DNA of 64,000 nt from Alphaproteobacteria bacterium (GTDB taxonomy: Bacteria > Pseudomonadota > Alphaproteobacteria > MPNO01), in NCBI GenBank assembly GCA_965242495.1, contig OZ251446.1:2530160-2594159 (forward strand). The letters run 5' to 3'. Shown in pieces: positions 39,832 to 49,238 of this stretch. The notes under the pieces are model-generated. The model searched no databases. It was not told the origin of the DNA and saw only the letters and a program-made list of their open reading frames with translations. A program made the translations under genes and the position numbers. The number at the start of each line of letters is the position of its first letter. Positions within the stretch are counted from its first letter, which is position 1.

Positions 39832-40273
39832 ATCCCGGCAAGTGCGACGGCTGCAAGGCGCTCGAGCGCCCCGCCTGCATGTATATCTGCCCGATGGACC
39901 TGATGGCCCTCGATGCGGCGACGGGCAAATCCTACAACCAGGAGCCCGACCTGTGCTGGGAGTGCTATTCCTGCGTCAAGATGTGCCCGCACTCGGCGAT
40001 CCAGATGCGCGGCTACGCCGACGTGGTGCCGATGGGGGCCACGCTGAACCCGCTGCGCGGCTCCGAGTCCATCATCTGGACGGCCAAGTATCGCGACGGA
40101 CGGGTCAAGCGGTTCAAGCTGCCGCTGCGCTCGACGCCCTGGGGATCGATCGACCCGTTCCCGGCCGAGGCGCGGCCGCGCGCGAACGATCTCGGCTCGC
40201 CCGCCCTGTTCGGCGAGGACAAGTATCTGGGCGTGGACCGGCTGCCCGCCCCCGCCCCGACGGGCGCCGCCTG
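39816..40273 (+). CDS. aprB: adenylylsulfate reductase beta subunit
   Basis: TTG start after GAGGGAG. (M)PTFVNPGKCDGCKALERPACMYICPMDLMALD…NQEPDLCWECYSCVKMCP… (two [4Fe-4S] Cys clusters), strongly AprB-like. Confidence 0.85.
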
Positions 40274-40338
40274 ACCGCCGGTCGCGGCGGCCCCCGCTCC
40301 GGAGCCGAAACCGAAACCCGCCCGGCCAGGGGAGACGC

Positions 40339-42213
40339 ATGACCCGCTTCGAAACCGAGGTCGTGGAGTGCGACGTCCTCATCGTCGGCGGCGGCATGTC
40401 GGGCTGCGGCGCCGCCTACGAGGCCGCCTATTGGGCGAAGGAGAACGGGCTGCGCGCCGTCGTGGCGGAAAAGGCGGCGATGGAGCGGAGCGGGGCGGTC
40501 GCGATGGGGCTGTCGGCGATCAACTGCTACATGGGCATGAAGTGGGGAGAGAACCAACCCGAGGACTTCGTGCGCTACGTGCGCAACGACCTGATGGGGC
40601 TGTCGCGCGAGGATCTGGTCTACGACATCGCCCGCCACGTCGATGCGTCGGTCCACATGTTCGAGGAATGGGGCCTGCCCTTCTTCAAGACGCCCGAGGG
40701 CCGCTACGTCCGCGAAGGCCGCTGGCAGGTCATGATCCACGGCGAGTCCTACAAGCCGATCGTCGCCGAGGCGGCCAAGAAGGCCATCGGCCTCGACAAC
40801 GTCTATCAGCGCGTCTTCGTCTGCCACCTGCTCAAGGACCGGCGCGACCCGGCGCGCGTCGCCGGCGCGGTCGGCTTCAGCGTGCGCGACGCCAAGATCT
40901 ACGTCTTCAAGGCGCGGGCCGTGGTCTGCGCCTGCGGCGGGGCGACCAACGTCTGGCGGCCGCATGCGGTGGGCGAGGGGCTGGGGCGGATCTGGTACTC
41001 GGTGTTCAACACCGGCTCGGTCTACAAGCTGATGATCCGGGCCGGGGCCGAGATGAGCCAGATGGAGCACCGGCTGGTCCAGACCCGGTTCAAGGACGGC
41101 TACGGCCCGGTCGGCATGTGGTTCCTGCTGTTCAAGTCGGTGGTGAAGAACGCCTACGGCGAACGCTACGACCAGACGCTCGACGACGAGCTCAAGAACT
41201 GGGCACCCTACGGCCTCGCCCATCCGGTGCCGACGCCGCTGCGCAACCACCAGATGCTGCTCGATGCGTTCAACGGCCGCGGACCCCACTACATGCGGAC
41301 CGACGAAGCCCTCCAGGCCTTGTACGAAGGCCAGACGCCGGAGCGCATCCGCGAGATCGAGAGCGAGGCGTGGGAGGACTTCCTGGACATGACCATGTCC
41401 CAGGCGCTGCTGTGGGCCGCCCACGGCATCGACCCCGCCGAGAAGCCCTCGGAGGTCGTCGTCACCGAACCCTATCTGATGGGCTCGCACGCCTCGGCCT
41501 GCGGCGCTTGGGTGAGCGGCCCGCAGGACGTCTCGCCCGGCGAATACCATTGGGGCTACAACCGGATGACGACCGTGCCGGGCCTGTTCGCGGCCGGCGA
41601 CGGCGTGAGCGGGTCGGCGCATAAATTCTCGTCCGGGTCCTATACCGAAGGGCGGCTCGCGGCCAAGGCGGCCGTCGCCTACGCCGTCGACATGGCGGCC
41701 GCGCCCGAACTCGACGACGACGAGATCGAGGCGGTCAAGGCGGCCATCCGGCGGCCGTTCGAGACGTTCCGGGCGCGCGGCGGCAGCCCCTCCGACCCGA
41801 TCGAGGCGGTCGACGTGGGCTACCTGCCGCCGAAGCTGGGCCTCCGCCGGCTGCAGAAGATCATGGACGAATACGCCGCGGGGCCGGGGGCGCATTACCG
41901 CACCAACGAGCCGACCCTGAAGCGCGGGCTCGAGCGGCTCGCCGAGTTGAAGCGGGAGATGGCGGATCTCGGCGCGCGCAACCTCCACGACCTGCTGCGC
42001 TGCTGGGAGTTGTGGGACCGGGTGATCTGCGCCGAATGCCACATCCACCACGTGCTCTACCGCCAGGAGACGCGCTGGGCGGGGTATCTGTACCGGTCGG
42101 ACTACCCCCGCCTCGACGACGAGAACTGGAAGCTGTTCGTCAACTCCCGCTACGACGCCGAACGGGACGAGTGGCGCATGTCGAAGAAGCCGTTCATCCC
42201 GGTGTGCGACTGA
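40339..42213 (+). CDS. aprA: adenylylsulfate reductase alpha subunit (FAD flavoprotein)
   Basis: MTRFETEVVECDVLIVGGGMSGCGAAYEA…LVRTDLMGL-type block RNDLMGLSREDLVYDIARHVDASVHMFEEWGLP… 624 aa. Confidence 0.9.
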   Translation: MTRFETEVVECDVLIVGGGMSGCGAAYEAAYWAKENGLRAVVAEKAAMERSGAVAMGLSAINCYMGMKWGENQPEDFVRYVRNDLMGLSREDLVYDIARHVDASVHMFEEWGLPFFKTPEGRYVREGRWQVMIHGESYKPIVAEAAKKAIGLDNVYQRVFVCHLLKDRRDPARVAGAVGFSVRDAKIYVFKARAVVCACGGATNVWRPHAVGEGLGRIWYSVFNTGSVYKLMIRAGAEMSQMEHRLVQTRFKDGYGPVGMWFLLFKSVVKNAYGERYDQTLDDELKNWAPYGLAHPVPTPLRNHQMLLDAFNGRGPHYMRTDEALQALYEGQTPERIREIESEAWEDFLDMTMSQALLWAAHGIDPAEKPSEVVVTEPYLMGSHASACGAWVSGPQDVSPGEYHWGYNRMTTVPGLFAAGDGVSGSAHKFSSGSYTEGRLAAKAAVAYAVDMAAAPELDDDEIEAVKAAIRRPFETFRARGGSPSDPIEAVDVGYLPPKLGLRRLQKIMDEYAAGPGAHYRTNEPTLKRGLERLAELKREMADLGARNLHDLLRCWELWDRVICAECHIHHVLYRQETRWAGYLYRSDYPRLDDENWKLFVNSRYDAERDEWRMSKKPFIPVCD

Positions 42214-42231
42214 CCGGGCCGGGAGCGCGCG

Positions 42232-44130
42232 GTGGACCGCCCCCCGATCGAGACGGTGGACTGCGACGTCCTGATCGCGGGCGGCGGCATGGCCGGCTGC
42301 GGCGCCGCCTGGGAGGCCGCCCGCGCGGCCGGGGGCGAGGGCCTCCGCGTCGTCCTCGCCGACAAGGCGACGATCGACCATGGCGGCCCGGTCGGCATGG
42401 GGGTCGCCACGATCGACTGCTTCGTCGGCACCGGGGCCGGCGGGAACGCGCCGGAGGACTTCGTCCGCCACGTCCGCCGGGAGATGATGGGCCTGTGCCG
42501 CGAGGACCTGGTCTACGACGTGGCGCGCCGGGTGGACGACTCCGTGCGGCTGTTCGAGGGCTGGGGGCTGCCGATCCCCAGGAGCGCGGATGGCGGCTAC
42601 GTCCGCAAGGGAAGCTGGCGGATCGAAGCGGACGGGCGGGACTGCAAGCGGATCGTCGCCGAAGCCGCGCGCGAGGCGGTCGGCGCGGGCAACGTCTTCG
42701 AGCGGGTGTTCGTCTCCCATCTTCTGACCGACCGGCGGAACCCCGGCCGCATCGCCGGCGCGGTCGGCTTCCGCACGGACGAGCCCGGGCTTCTCGTCTT
42801 CCGGGCGCGCGCCGTGGTCTGCGCCTCGGGCGGGGCGACGGGCGTCTGGCGGCCGCATCGGCTGCGGGAGGGAGTCGGCCGCTTCTGGGCCGGAGCCTTC
42901 AACAGCGGTTCGGCCTACCGGCTGATGATCGCGGCCGGGGCCGAGATGAGCCAGATGGAGCACCGCATCGTGCTGCCGCGCTTCAAGGACGGCTACGGCC
43001 CGGTCGGCATGTGGCCGCTGGTCCCGGAGGCGGCGATCGAGAACGCCGCCGGGGAGGACGTCGAACGCAAGCGCCGCGCGGCGACGCATGGCCGGACTCC
43101 CCGCGCGGACGAAGCGGACCAAGACGCAGCCCCGGTCACGCTGCGCAACTTCCGGTTCATGCAGGACATTTCCGCCGGCCACGGGCCGTTCCGACTCGCG
43201 CTCGACGCCGCCTATCGCCGCCTCTACCGGAACCAGCCCGACGCGCTGATCGAGTATGCGCGGGCCGAGGGCCTCGCCGAATACATCGACGGCATGACGC
43301 TGCCCCAGGCGGTCGCCTGGGCGCAAAGCGGGGCCGGGGAAACGGCGGCGGAGGCGGAAGCCGAAGCCGAGGTCTATCTCGGCGAGCCGTTCCTGGCCGG
43401 TTCGCACGCCTCGGGCTGCGGCGCCTGGGTGAGCGGCCCGGACGATCTGGCGCCGGCGGAATGGCGCTGGGGTCCCAACCGGATGACCACGGTCGAGGGC
43501 CTGTTCGCGGCCGGCGACGGGGTGGGCGGGGCGGCGCATAAATTCTCCTCCGGCTCCCATGCGGAGGGGCGGATCGCGGGGCGGTCGGCGGCGGCCTACG
43601 CCGCACAGGCGGGCGAACGGGCCGAGCCCGACGCCGGCCGGGTCGAAGCGATCGCGGGCGAGATTCAACGGCCGTTCGAGACCTTCGAGGCCGGGCGGGG
43701 CGCCTCGTCGCGCGACGACGTGAACCCGCACTATCTGCTGCCGGGGATGGGGCTTCTCCGCCTGCAGAAGATCATGGACGAGTATTGCGGCGGCCCCAAC
43801 GCCCATTTCCGCGTCAACCGGCCGACGCTCGAACGCGGACTCGAACTGTTCGCCATGCTGACCGAGGACCTCGACCGGCTCGCCGCGCGCGACCTCCGCG
43901 AGCTGCTGCGCTGCCAGGAGCTGCGCGACCGCGCGCTCACCGCCGAATGCCACCTGCGCCACGTGCTCTATCGCGAGGAGACCCGCTGGCCGGGCGATCT
44001 GTTCCGCCCCGACCACCCGGCGACCGACGACGAGAACTGGAAGGTCTTCGTCAACTCGCGCTACGACGCCGCGACCGGCGGCTGGCGTTTCTCGAAGAAG
44101 CCGGTGAAGGACGTCGTCGGGCCGGGCTAG
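42232..44130 (+). CDS. second, diverged AprA paralogue
   Basis: MDRPPIETVDCDVLIAGGGMAGCGAAWEA…REMMGLCREDLVYDVARRVDDSVRLFEGWGLP… Collinear with aprA but carries an insertion (…EDVERKRRAATHGRTPRADEADQDAAPVTLRNF…). Confidence 0.75.
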   Translation: MDRPPIETVDCDVLIAGGGMAGCGAAWEAARAAGGEGLRVVLADKATIDHGGPVGMGVATIDCFVGTGAGGNAPEDFVRHVRREMMGLCREDLVYDVARRVDDSVRLFEGWGLPIPRSADGGYVRKGSWRIEADGRDCKRIVAEAAREAVGAGNVFERVFVSHLLTDRRNPGRIAGAVGFRTDEPGLLVFRARAVVCASGGATGVWRPHRLREGVGRFWAGAFNSGSAYRLMIAAGAEMSQMEHRIVLPRFKDGYGPVGMWPLVPEAAIENAAGEDVERKRRAATHGRTPRADEADQDAAPVTLRNFRFMQDISAGHGPFRLALDAAYRRLYRNQPDALIEYARAEGLAEYIDGMTLPQAVAWAQSGAGETAAEAEAEAEVYLGEPFLAGSHASGCGAWVSGPDDLAPAEWRWGPNRMTTVEGLFAAGDGVGGAAHKFSSGSHAEGRIAGRSAAAYAAQAGERAEPDAGRVEAIAGEIQRPFETFEAGRGASSRDDVNPHYLLPGMGLLRLQKIMDEYCGGPNAHFRVNRPTLERGLELFAMLTEDLDRLAARDLRELLRCQELRDRALTAECHLRHVLYREETRWPGDLFRPDHPATDDENWKVFVNSRYDAATGGWRFSKKPVKDVVGPG

Positions 44131-44229
44131 GACGGGCCCGGCTCGCGCCGGCGCGCGGCGCCTGCCGGCGTGGCGGCCACACGGGAAATACGGGCCGGAA
44201 GGCCGATGCGGGGATGTCGGGACGCCCGT

Positions 44230-44760
44230 GAGCGGCGGTCTTCGCCGGCGAAAAATACAATCTTCGATTGCAGAAAATCCGCGCCGGTAATACGCGCCGG
44301 ACCGCCGCGCTCCGCCATGCCGGACGGGGATCGGCCGACGGCGCGGCGGCGCAGAGGACGTCCGCGGCGACGAAAAAATTCCGATTTCGTTGTATTTCAA
44401 TGGGTTACGACGAAAAAACAGGGAAAAAGCAAGGCGAAAACCGGCCAAAACCAAGCCCAAAGCAGGTGAAAACAGGGCGAATCGGCGCCCAGAAACCGCG
44501 CGCCGGCGGGCGGGGCCGTCCGCCCCGCGCCGCCCCACCCGAGCGCAAGCCGGCGCCGCGCCAAAGCCGCGCGCAGCCGATGCGCTATCGCGGATGCAAT
44601 CTTCGATTGCAGGCGATCGGACCATGGGAATCTCCGGTTCGGGCGACGAAGAACCCCGCGGGCGGGCCGCCGCGGGGGTCCGGATCGATTCTGTCGACGA
44701 TGGAGGATCGTAACACATCCGCTTCCCCATGTCAAGCGGAAAATTCCCTCGTCCATTCGC
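44230..44760 (-). repeat. dispersed repeat family, copy C (minus strand; full-length like copy A)
   Basis: Minus-strand UP-like aattttccgc + TTGACA (44730-35) -N17- TACGAT (44707-12). Palindromes at 44595-44611 and 44256-44272. Phased T-tract block and gtaacccattgaaatacaacgaaatcg. No gene lies downstream on the minus strand (it faces the 3' end of aprA'). Confidence 0.65.
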
Positions 44761-44854
44761 CCCGACCTCCGCCAGGAACATCTCCCGACCGGCCTCGCGG
44801 TCGGCGGTCCCCATACGCGCCGCCTCGCGGGGCGGCGCAGGCGGGCGGGGGCGG

Positions 44855-46018
44855 TTATCGCAGCGGCTCCAGGATGCTCGCGTAGTTGGCGACCGCCGAG
44901 CCGCCCATGTTGAAGACGCCGGCGAGGCCGGCGCCGGGGACCTGGATGCGGTCCGCCTCGCCGGCGAGCTGCATCGCCGCCATCACGTGCATCGACACGC
45001 CGGTGGCGCCGATCGGATGGCCCTTCGACTTGAGCCCGCCGGACGGGTTGACCGGCAGGCGGCCGTCGCGCGCCGTCCAGCCCTCCTCGATCGCGCGCGC
45101 GCCGTCGCCGGGGCGGGTCAGCCCGAGCGCCTCGTAGAGGATGAGCTCGGCGATGGTGAAGCAATCATGGACCTCCAGCAGGTCGAGATCGTCGAGCGTC
45201 AGGCCGGACCGGTCGAAGGCCTGGCGCCAGGCCCGCTCCGCGCCCTCGAACCGGGTCAGGTCGCGCCGGCTCATCGGCATGAACTCGTTGACGTGGCTGC
45301 GCGCGCGGAAGACGATCGCCTTCCGCATGCCGAGCGCGGCGTCGACATCGGCGAGGACGACGGCCGCGGCCCCATCGGTGACCGGCGAGCAGTCGGTGCG
45401 CTTGAGCGGACCGGCGACGACCGGGTTCTTGTCGGATTCGGCGCGGCAGAACTCGTACCCCAAATCCTTCTGGAAATGGGCCAGCGGGTTGGACGCCCCG
45501 TTGGCGTGGTTCTTGGCCGCGATCCGCGCCAGCGCGTCGGCGCGGTCGCCGTAACGCTGGAAATAGGTTTCGGCGATCCGTCCGAAGACGTCGACGAAGC
45601 TTGCGTTCTCTCCCTCCTCGGCGAGGTAGCAGCCCTTGGCCAGCACCTCGCCGATGGCGGTCCCGGCGAGTTCGGTCATCTTCTCGACGCCGACCGCGAG
45701 CACGATGCGCGCCCGCCCGGCCTCGATCGCGTTGGCGCCCTGATAGATCGCGGCCGTCCCCGTCGCACAGGCGTTCTCCACCCGCGTCGCCGGCTTGAAC
45801 CGCAGATCGTCATGCGCTTGCAGAACCAGCGACGACGGAAACGCCTGGCGGACGAAGCCGCCGTTGAAATGGCCGACGAAGATCTCGTCCACGTCGGCCG
45901 CGGCGACGCCCGCATCGTCCAGCGCGCCCAACGCCGCCTCGCGGATCAGCGACTCGACGTCGCGATCCTCATGCTTGCCGAACTTGCCGTGCGCCCATCC
46001 CACGATGCAGGTCGTCAT
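44855..46018 (-). CDS. thiolase-fold protein (SCP-x/lipid-transfer-like thiolase)
   Basis: …ENACATGTAAI…, C-terminal …NPSGGLKSKGHPIGATG… thiolase motifs. Confidence 0.8.
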   Translation of the reverse strand: MTTCIVGWAHGKFGKHEDRDVESLIREAALGALDDAGVAAADVDEIFVGHFNGGFVRQAFPSSLVLQAHDDLRFKPATRVENACATGTAAIYQGANAIEAGRARIVLAVGVEKMTELAGTAIGEVLAKGCYLAEEGENASFVDVFGRIAETYFQRYGDRADALARIAAKNHANGASNPLAHFQKDLGYEFCRAESDKNPVVAGPLKRTDCSPVTDGAAAVVLADVDAALGMRKAIVFRARSHVNEFMPMSRRDLTRFEGAERAWRQAFDRSGLTLDDLDLLEVHDCFTIAELILYEALGLTRPGDGARAIEEGWTARDGRLPVNPSGGLKSKGHPIGATGVSMHVMAAMQLAGEADRIQVPGAGLAGVFNMGGSAVANYASILEPLR

Positions 46019-46042
46019 GATCGGATCCCCCGCGGCGCCGGG

Positions 46043-46573
46043 TCAGACCGGGTTCGCGCTCACCAGCACCACGCCCAGGAGACAGGGCTCGTCCGTGCGG
46101 ACGCTCCAGGAGTGGTTGGTGCCGCGTTGTATCATCACGTCGCCCTGCTTCAGACAGACCTCGCCCTCGTCGAGAACCGCCCAGATCTCGCCCTTGAGCA
46201 CCAGCAGATAGTCCACCGTCGCGGTCTTGTGCATCATCGGATCCGCGCTCGTCCGGTCGGCCGCGTGCGCCGCCCCGATCGAGCCGAACGCCTCGCGCGC
46301 ATCGGCCCGGTCGCGCCATTGGGAATCGGGCGGGAACTCGACGATCCTGAAGATCGTGCCCGCCGGCGGCGGCTCCAGGACGGCCGGGCGGTCGGCGGCG
46401 TCGCGAGCGCCCGAATTGTCCGCGGGCGCGGCGTCGGTCTGCCACAGCTCGGTGAGGGCGAGGCCCGGCATCGACTCCATTTCCTTGACGTTGGCGGCGA
46501 CGCCGTCGCGGACGAACACCGACCGGCCCCGTGCGTCGTGGCCCGTGACGACGCGGCGAATCTTCTGCGCCAT
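46043..46573 (-). CDS. cupin domain protein
   Basis: 176 aa, C-terminal beta-barrel cupin (…KGEIWAVLDEGEVCLKQGDVMIQRGTNHSW…). Confidence 0.55.
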   Translation of the reverse strand: MAQKIRRVVTGHDARGRSVFVRDGVAANVKEMESMPGLALTELWQTDAAPADNSGARDAADRPAVLEPPPAGTIFRIVEFPPDSQWRDRADAREAFGSIGAAHAADRTSADPMMHKTATVDYLLVLKGEIWAVLDEGEVCLKQGDVMIQRGTNHSWSVRTDEPCLLGVVLVSANPV

Positions 46574-47563
46574 CTATCCGTTCTCCCTGACGATTCGATT
46601 GCGGAGGACGCCGATTCCCTCGACCTCGAGCTCCATCACGTCGCCCGGCCGGAGGAAGCGCTCGAGCTCGAGCCCGCAGCCGCCGCCGACCGTCCCCGAT
46701 CCGATGAACTCGCCGGGATGGAGCGTTTCCGATTGGGAGACGTGGGCGATCACGTCCTCGAACTTCCAGTGCATCGTTCCCGAATGGCCGCGCGACCACT
46801 CCTCGCCGTTGATCCGCGCCGTCATCGTCAGGTCGTAGGGGTCGATCTCGTCGGCGGTGACGATGCAGGGGCCGATGACGTTCCCGGTATCGAAGTCCTT
46901 GCCCTTGGCCGGGCCGAGCTGTCCCGCCATCTCCGCCGTCTGCGCGTCGCGCGCGCTCACGTCGTTGAAGACGCTGTAGCCGAAGATGCGCTCGCGCGCC
47001 CGGTCGCGCGGGACGTCGCGGCCGCGCCCCTTGAGGAAGACGCCGTATTCGAGCTCGTAGTCCAGGACCTCGGCGTAGCCGGGCCAGATCACGTCCTCCT
47101 CCGGGCCGATGACCGAGAAGCGGTTGCCCTTGTAGTAGATCGGCTGGCGATACCAGATCTCCGGGGGGCGGGGAGCGCCCGCGGCCTCGAGGGCGCGCAG
47201 CGCCGCCGCCGGGTCCGGCTGCCGCCGGGCTTGCAGCCGGCGCGCGCCGATGAAGGCTCGCCGGAGATGCTCCTCGAAACACAGGCCGTCGCGGAGCTGC
47301 GGCGGCTGCGGGACGGGCGCGCGGAGGACGACCGCGCCCCGGTCGCGGACCGATTCGGGCCGGGGGGCGGCGGCCAGAGCGCGCGCATGGTCGAGCGCCG
47401 GATCGCCGGCCTCGATCAGGGCGAGCATCGACGCGAAGGCCGCATCGGGCGGGTTCCCGGCCGCCTCGCGCGCCGCCTGGAGATCGACCACCGCCTCCCC
47501 CGACGCCGACAGCGCGCCGAGCCGGTCGCCGCTCCCGGCGGCCCGGAACGTCACCAGTTTCAC
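46574..47563 (-). CDS. fumarylacetoacetate hydrolase (FAH) family protein
   Basis: …NYAEH/…GYSVFNDVSARD…KGKDFDTGNVIGPCIV… FAH-fold motifs. Confidence 0.85.
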   Translation of the reverse strand: MKLVTFRAAGSGDRLGALSASGEAVVDLQAAREAAGNPPDAAFASMLALIEAGDPALDHARALAAAPRPESVRDRGAVVLRAPVPQPPQLRDGLCFEEHLRRAFIGARRLQARRQPDPAAALRALEAAGAPRPPEIWYRQPIYYKGNRFSVIGPEEDVIWPGYAEVLDYELEYGVFLKGRGRDVPRDRARERIFGYSVFNDVSARDAQTAEMAGQLGPAKGKDFDTGNVIGPCIVTADEIDPYDLTMTARINGEEWSRGHSGTMHWKFEDVIAHVSQSETLHPGEFIGSGTVGGGCGLELERFLRPGDVMELEVEGIGVLRNRIVRENG

Positions 47564-47837
47564 GCCGCCCTCCTCTCCTCCGGCCGCGAGGCCAGCATAG
47601 CGCGCGGAAGGACGGAGACAAACGGCGGGGCGCGCCCGAACGGTTTCGTATCGGAAAAACGATCATGGATTACGGCCGCCCGCGCCCGCGACGGACCGTT
47701 CGACATCGAGGCTGGCCAGCGCCAGGGACGCCGAACCGCGACCGCGACGGCCCGAAGGCAATGCATCCGCGGCCGCGACGGCCGACATCGGCGACGGCGA
47801 CGCGCCCGCCATCCCGACCGCGATGCGGGCGGGCCGG

Positions 47838-48152
47838 TCAACGCTGCTTGATTGTGTGCTTGATCTTCAGGGATCGCGGAGATTCGCGGACTTCCGTGAT
47901 AAGCACATCGAAAACATACCCACCAATGAGAGTGGAAGCAGCGCCAATAAACTGTTCACCATCGTAAGCCCGAATGGTGATTCCTCCCTCTTCGCAAGTG
48001 GTAGTTCCGTTGATGAATAGCGAACCGAAGATGTTGTAACTCCACCGCCAATCCTCGATTTGACAGTCGGCGCGCGCCGGGGCCGCCCATGTCGCCAGCA
48101 TCAACGCAACCATGGCCAAAGCGAATGTCGGAACGGCGCGAATGGCGAGCAT
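47838..48152 (-). CDS. small secreted hypothetical protein (low-GC insert)
   Basis: ATG 48152 6 nt after GAGGAGG. Signal peptide MLAIRAVPTFALAMVALMLATWAAPARA. GC ~45% vs ~70% background. Two Cys. Confidence 0.45.
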   Translation of the reverse strand: MLAIRAVPTFALAMVALMLATWAAPARADCQIEDWRWSYNIFGSLFINGTTTCEEGGITIRAYDGEQFIGAASTLIGGYVFDVLITEVRESPRSLKIKHTIKQR

Positions 48153-48544
48153 GGAAGCCTCCTCGGTATCGGATCGGGCCGATCCTATAGCCAAAGGGAC
48201 GCGCGCCCGCGACGGCCCGTTTTGCCGGACGCGACGGCATGGCTCACTACCGAGCGCGTCGACAAGCAGCCTCGCCGCTTTCTGCTAGGTGAGCCCCCGG
48301 CGACGCGGCCCGGCCGGGTTGGCCTCCCGACCGGCTTTGCAATGCTTGCTCCACGCGCAAATACGCCACACTTGCGCGCCCGGCGCAATCGAGGCTGGCG
48401 ACGCCGGCGCGCGGCCCCTCGCCATCACTCGCACCATCCTTCCTGCCAGCCGCCGCCGTATGGACGACCAAGCCCGGCTAGGATCAACGCAGGCGCAAGC
48501 GAACGGCCGTCAATGTCCACGTCCGCGACCACACGGCCGCCATA

Positions 48545-48590
48545 CCAGCCCCATCGCGGACGATGGCGGAAATTTCCCTATGTCAAGCGG
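48545..48590 (-). promoter_or_regulatory. fragmentary copy (D) of the repeat-family promoter module
   Basis: Minus-strand cgcggaaattttccgcTTGACAtagggaaatttccgcc. Shares the UP element (aattttccgc, identical to copy C) and -35 hexamer, but has no good -10. Points toward the low-GC secreted-protein gene ~390 nt downstream. Confidence 0.35.
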
Positions 48591-48667
48591 AAAATTTCCG
48601 CGCGGGCGTTGAGACCGGACCGCAAGTCGGGCTATACTGATTCCGGTCAGCGGCAACGGAGGTCGGC

Positions 48668-49231
48668 ATGACGTCGGTCGTCGGACGGTTGGCGCGCGCC
48701 GCGCGGGGCGCGGTCTGGCTCGGCGCGGCGGCGCTGGCGGGCTGCTCCGGCGACGGGCTCGAGTACGACTTCCCGGAAAACCAGTACAGCGAGCGGCTGC
48801 CGCCGAGATACTCGAACGAGCCGGGCGCGGGTTCGATCTTCGGCGGCGGCGGGATCAACCTCCTGGGCGGCGACGAGGCGGCCGCCCGCCCCCAGGGCGG
48901 GGGCGGGGTGGGGGTCAACGCCTTCCTCTGGCGCGCGTCCCTCGACACGCTCTCCTTCATGCCGGTCGCCTCGGCCGATCCGTTCGGCGGCGTCATCATC
49001 ACCGATTGGTACACGCCGCCGGAGTCGCCGGAAGACCGGTTCAAGATGAACGTCTACATCCTCGGCCGCCAGCTGCGCGCGGACGGCCTGCGCGTGGCCG
49101 TGTTCCGCCAGTCGCGCGACGGCGGCGGATGGGCCGATTCGTCGGTCGGGCCCAAGACCGCGACCGACATCGAAAACCAGATCCTGACGCGGGCGCGCCA
49201 ACTCCGCGTCGCCGCCGCGACCGCCAACTGA
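48668..49231 (+). CDS. DUF3576-family lipoprotein
   Basis: Lipobox LAGCSG, conserved position immediately upstream of leuS as in many Alphaproteobacteria. Confidence 0.65.
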   Translation: MTSVVGRLARAARGAVWLGAAALAGCSGDGLEYDFPENQYSERLPPRYSNEPGAGSIFGGGGINLLGGDEAAARPQGGGGVGVNAFLWRASLDTLSFMPVASADPFGGVIITDWYTPPESPEDRFKMNVYILGRQLRADGLRVAVFRQSRDGGGWADSSVGPKTATDIENQILTRARQLRVAAATAN

Positions 49232-49238
49232 CCCGCCG

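Noticed and set aside
39779-40342. 187-aa ORF overlapping aprB in another frame
   Set aside because: Arg-rich, and fully overlapped by the strongly AprB-like frame that starts at TTG 39816 with a good SD.
48545-48590. A fourth full copy of the promoter-bearing repeat
   Set aside because: Only the UP element and -35 hexamer are shared. The -10 is degenerate, and the downstream 390 bp does not contain the palindromes or phased T-tracts. Treated as a fragment.
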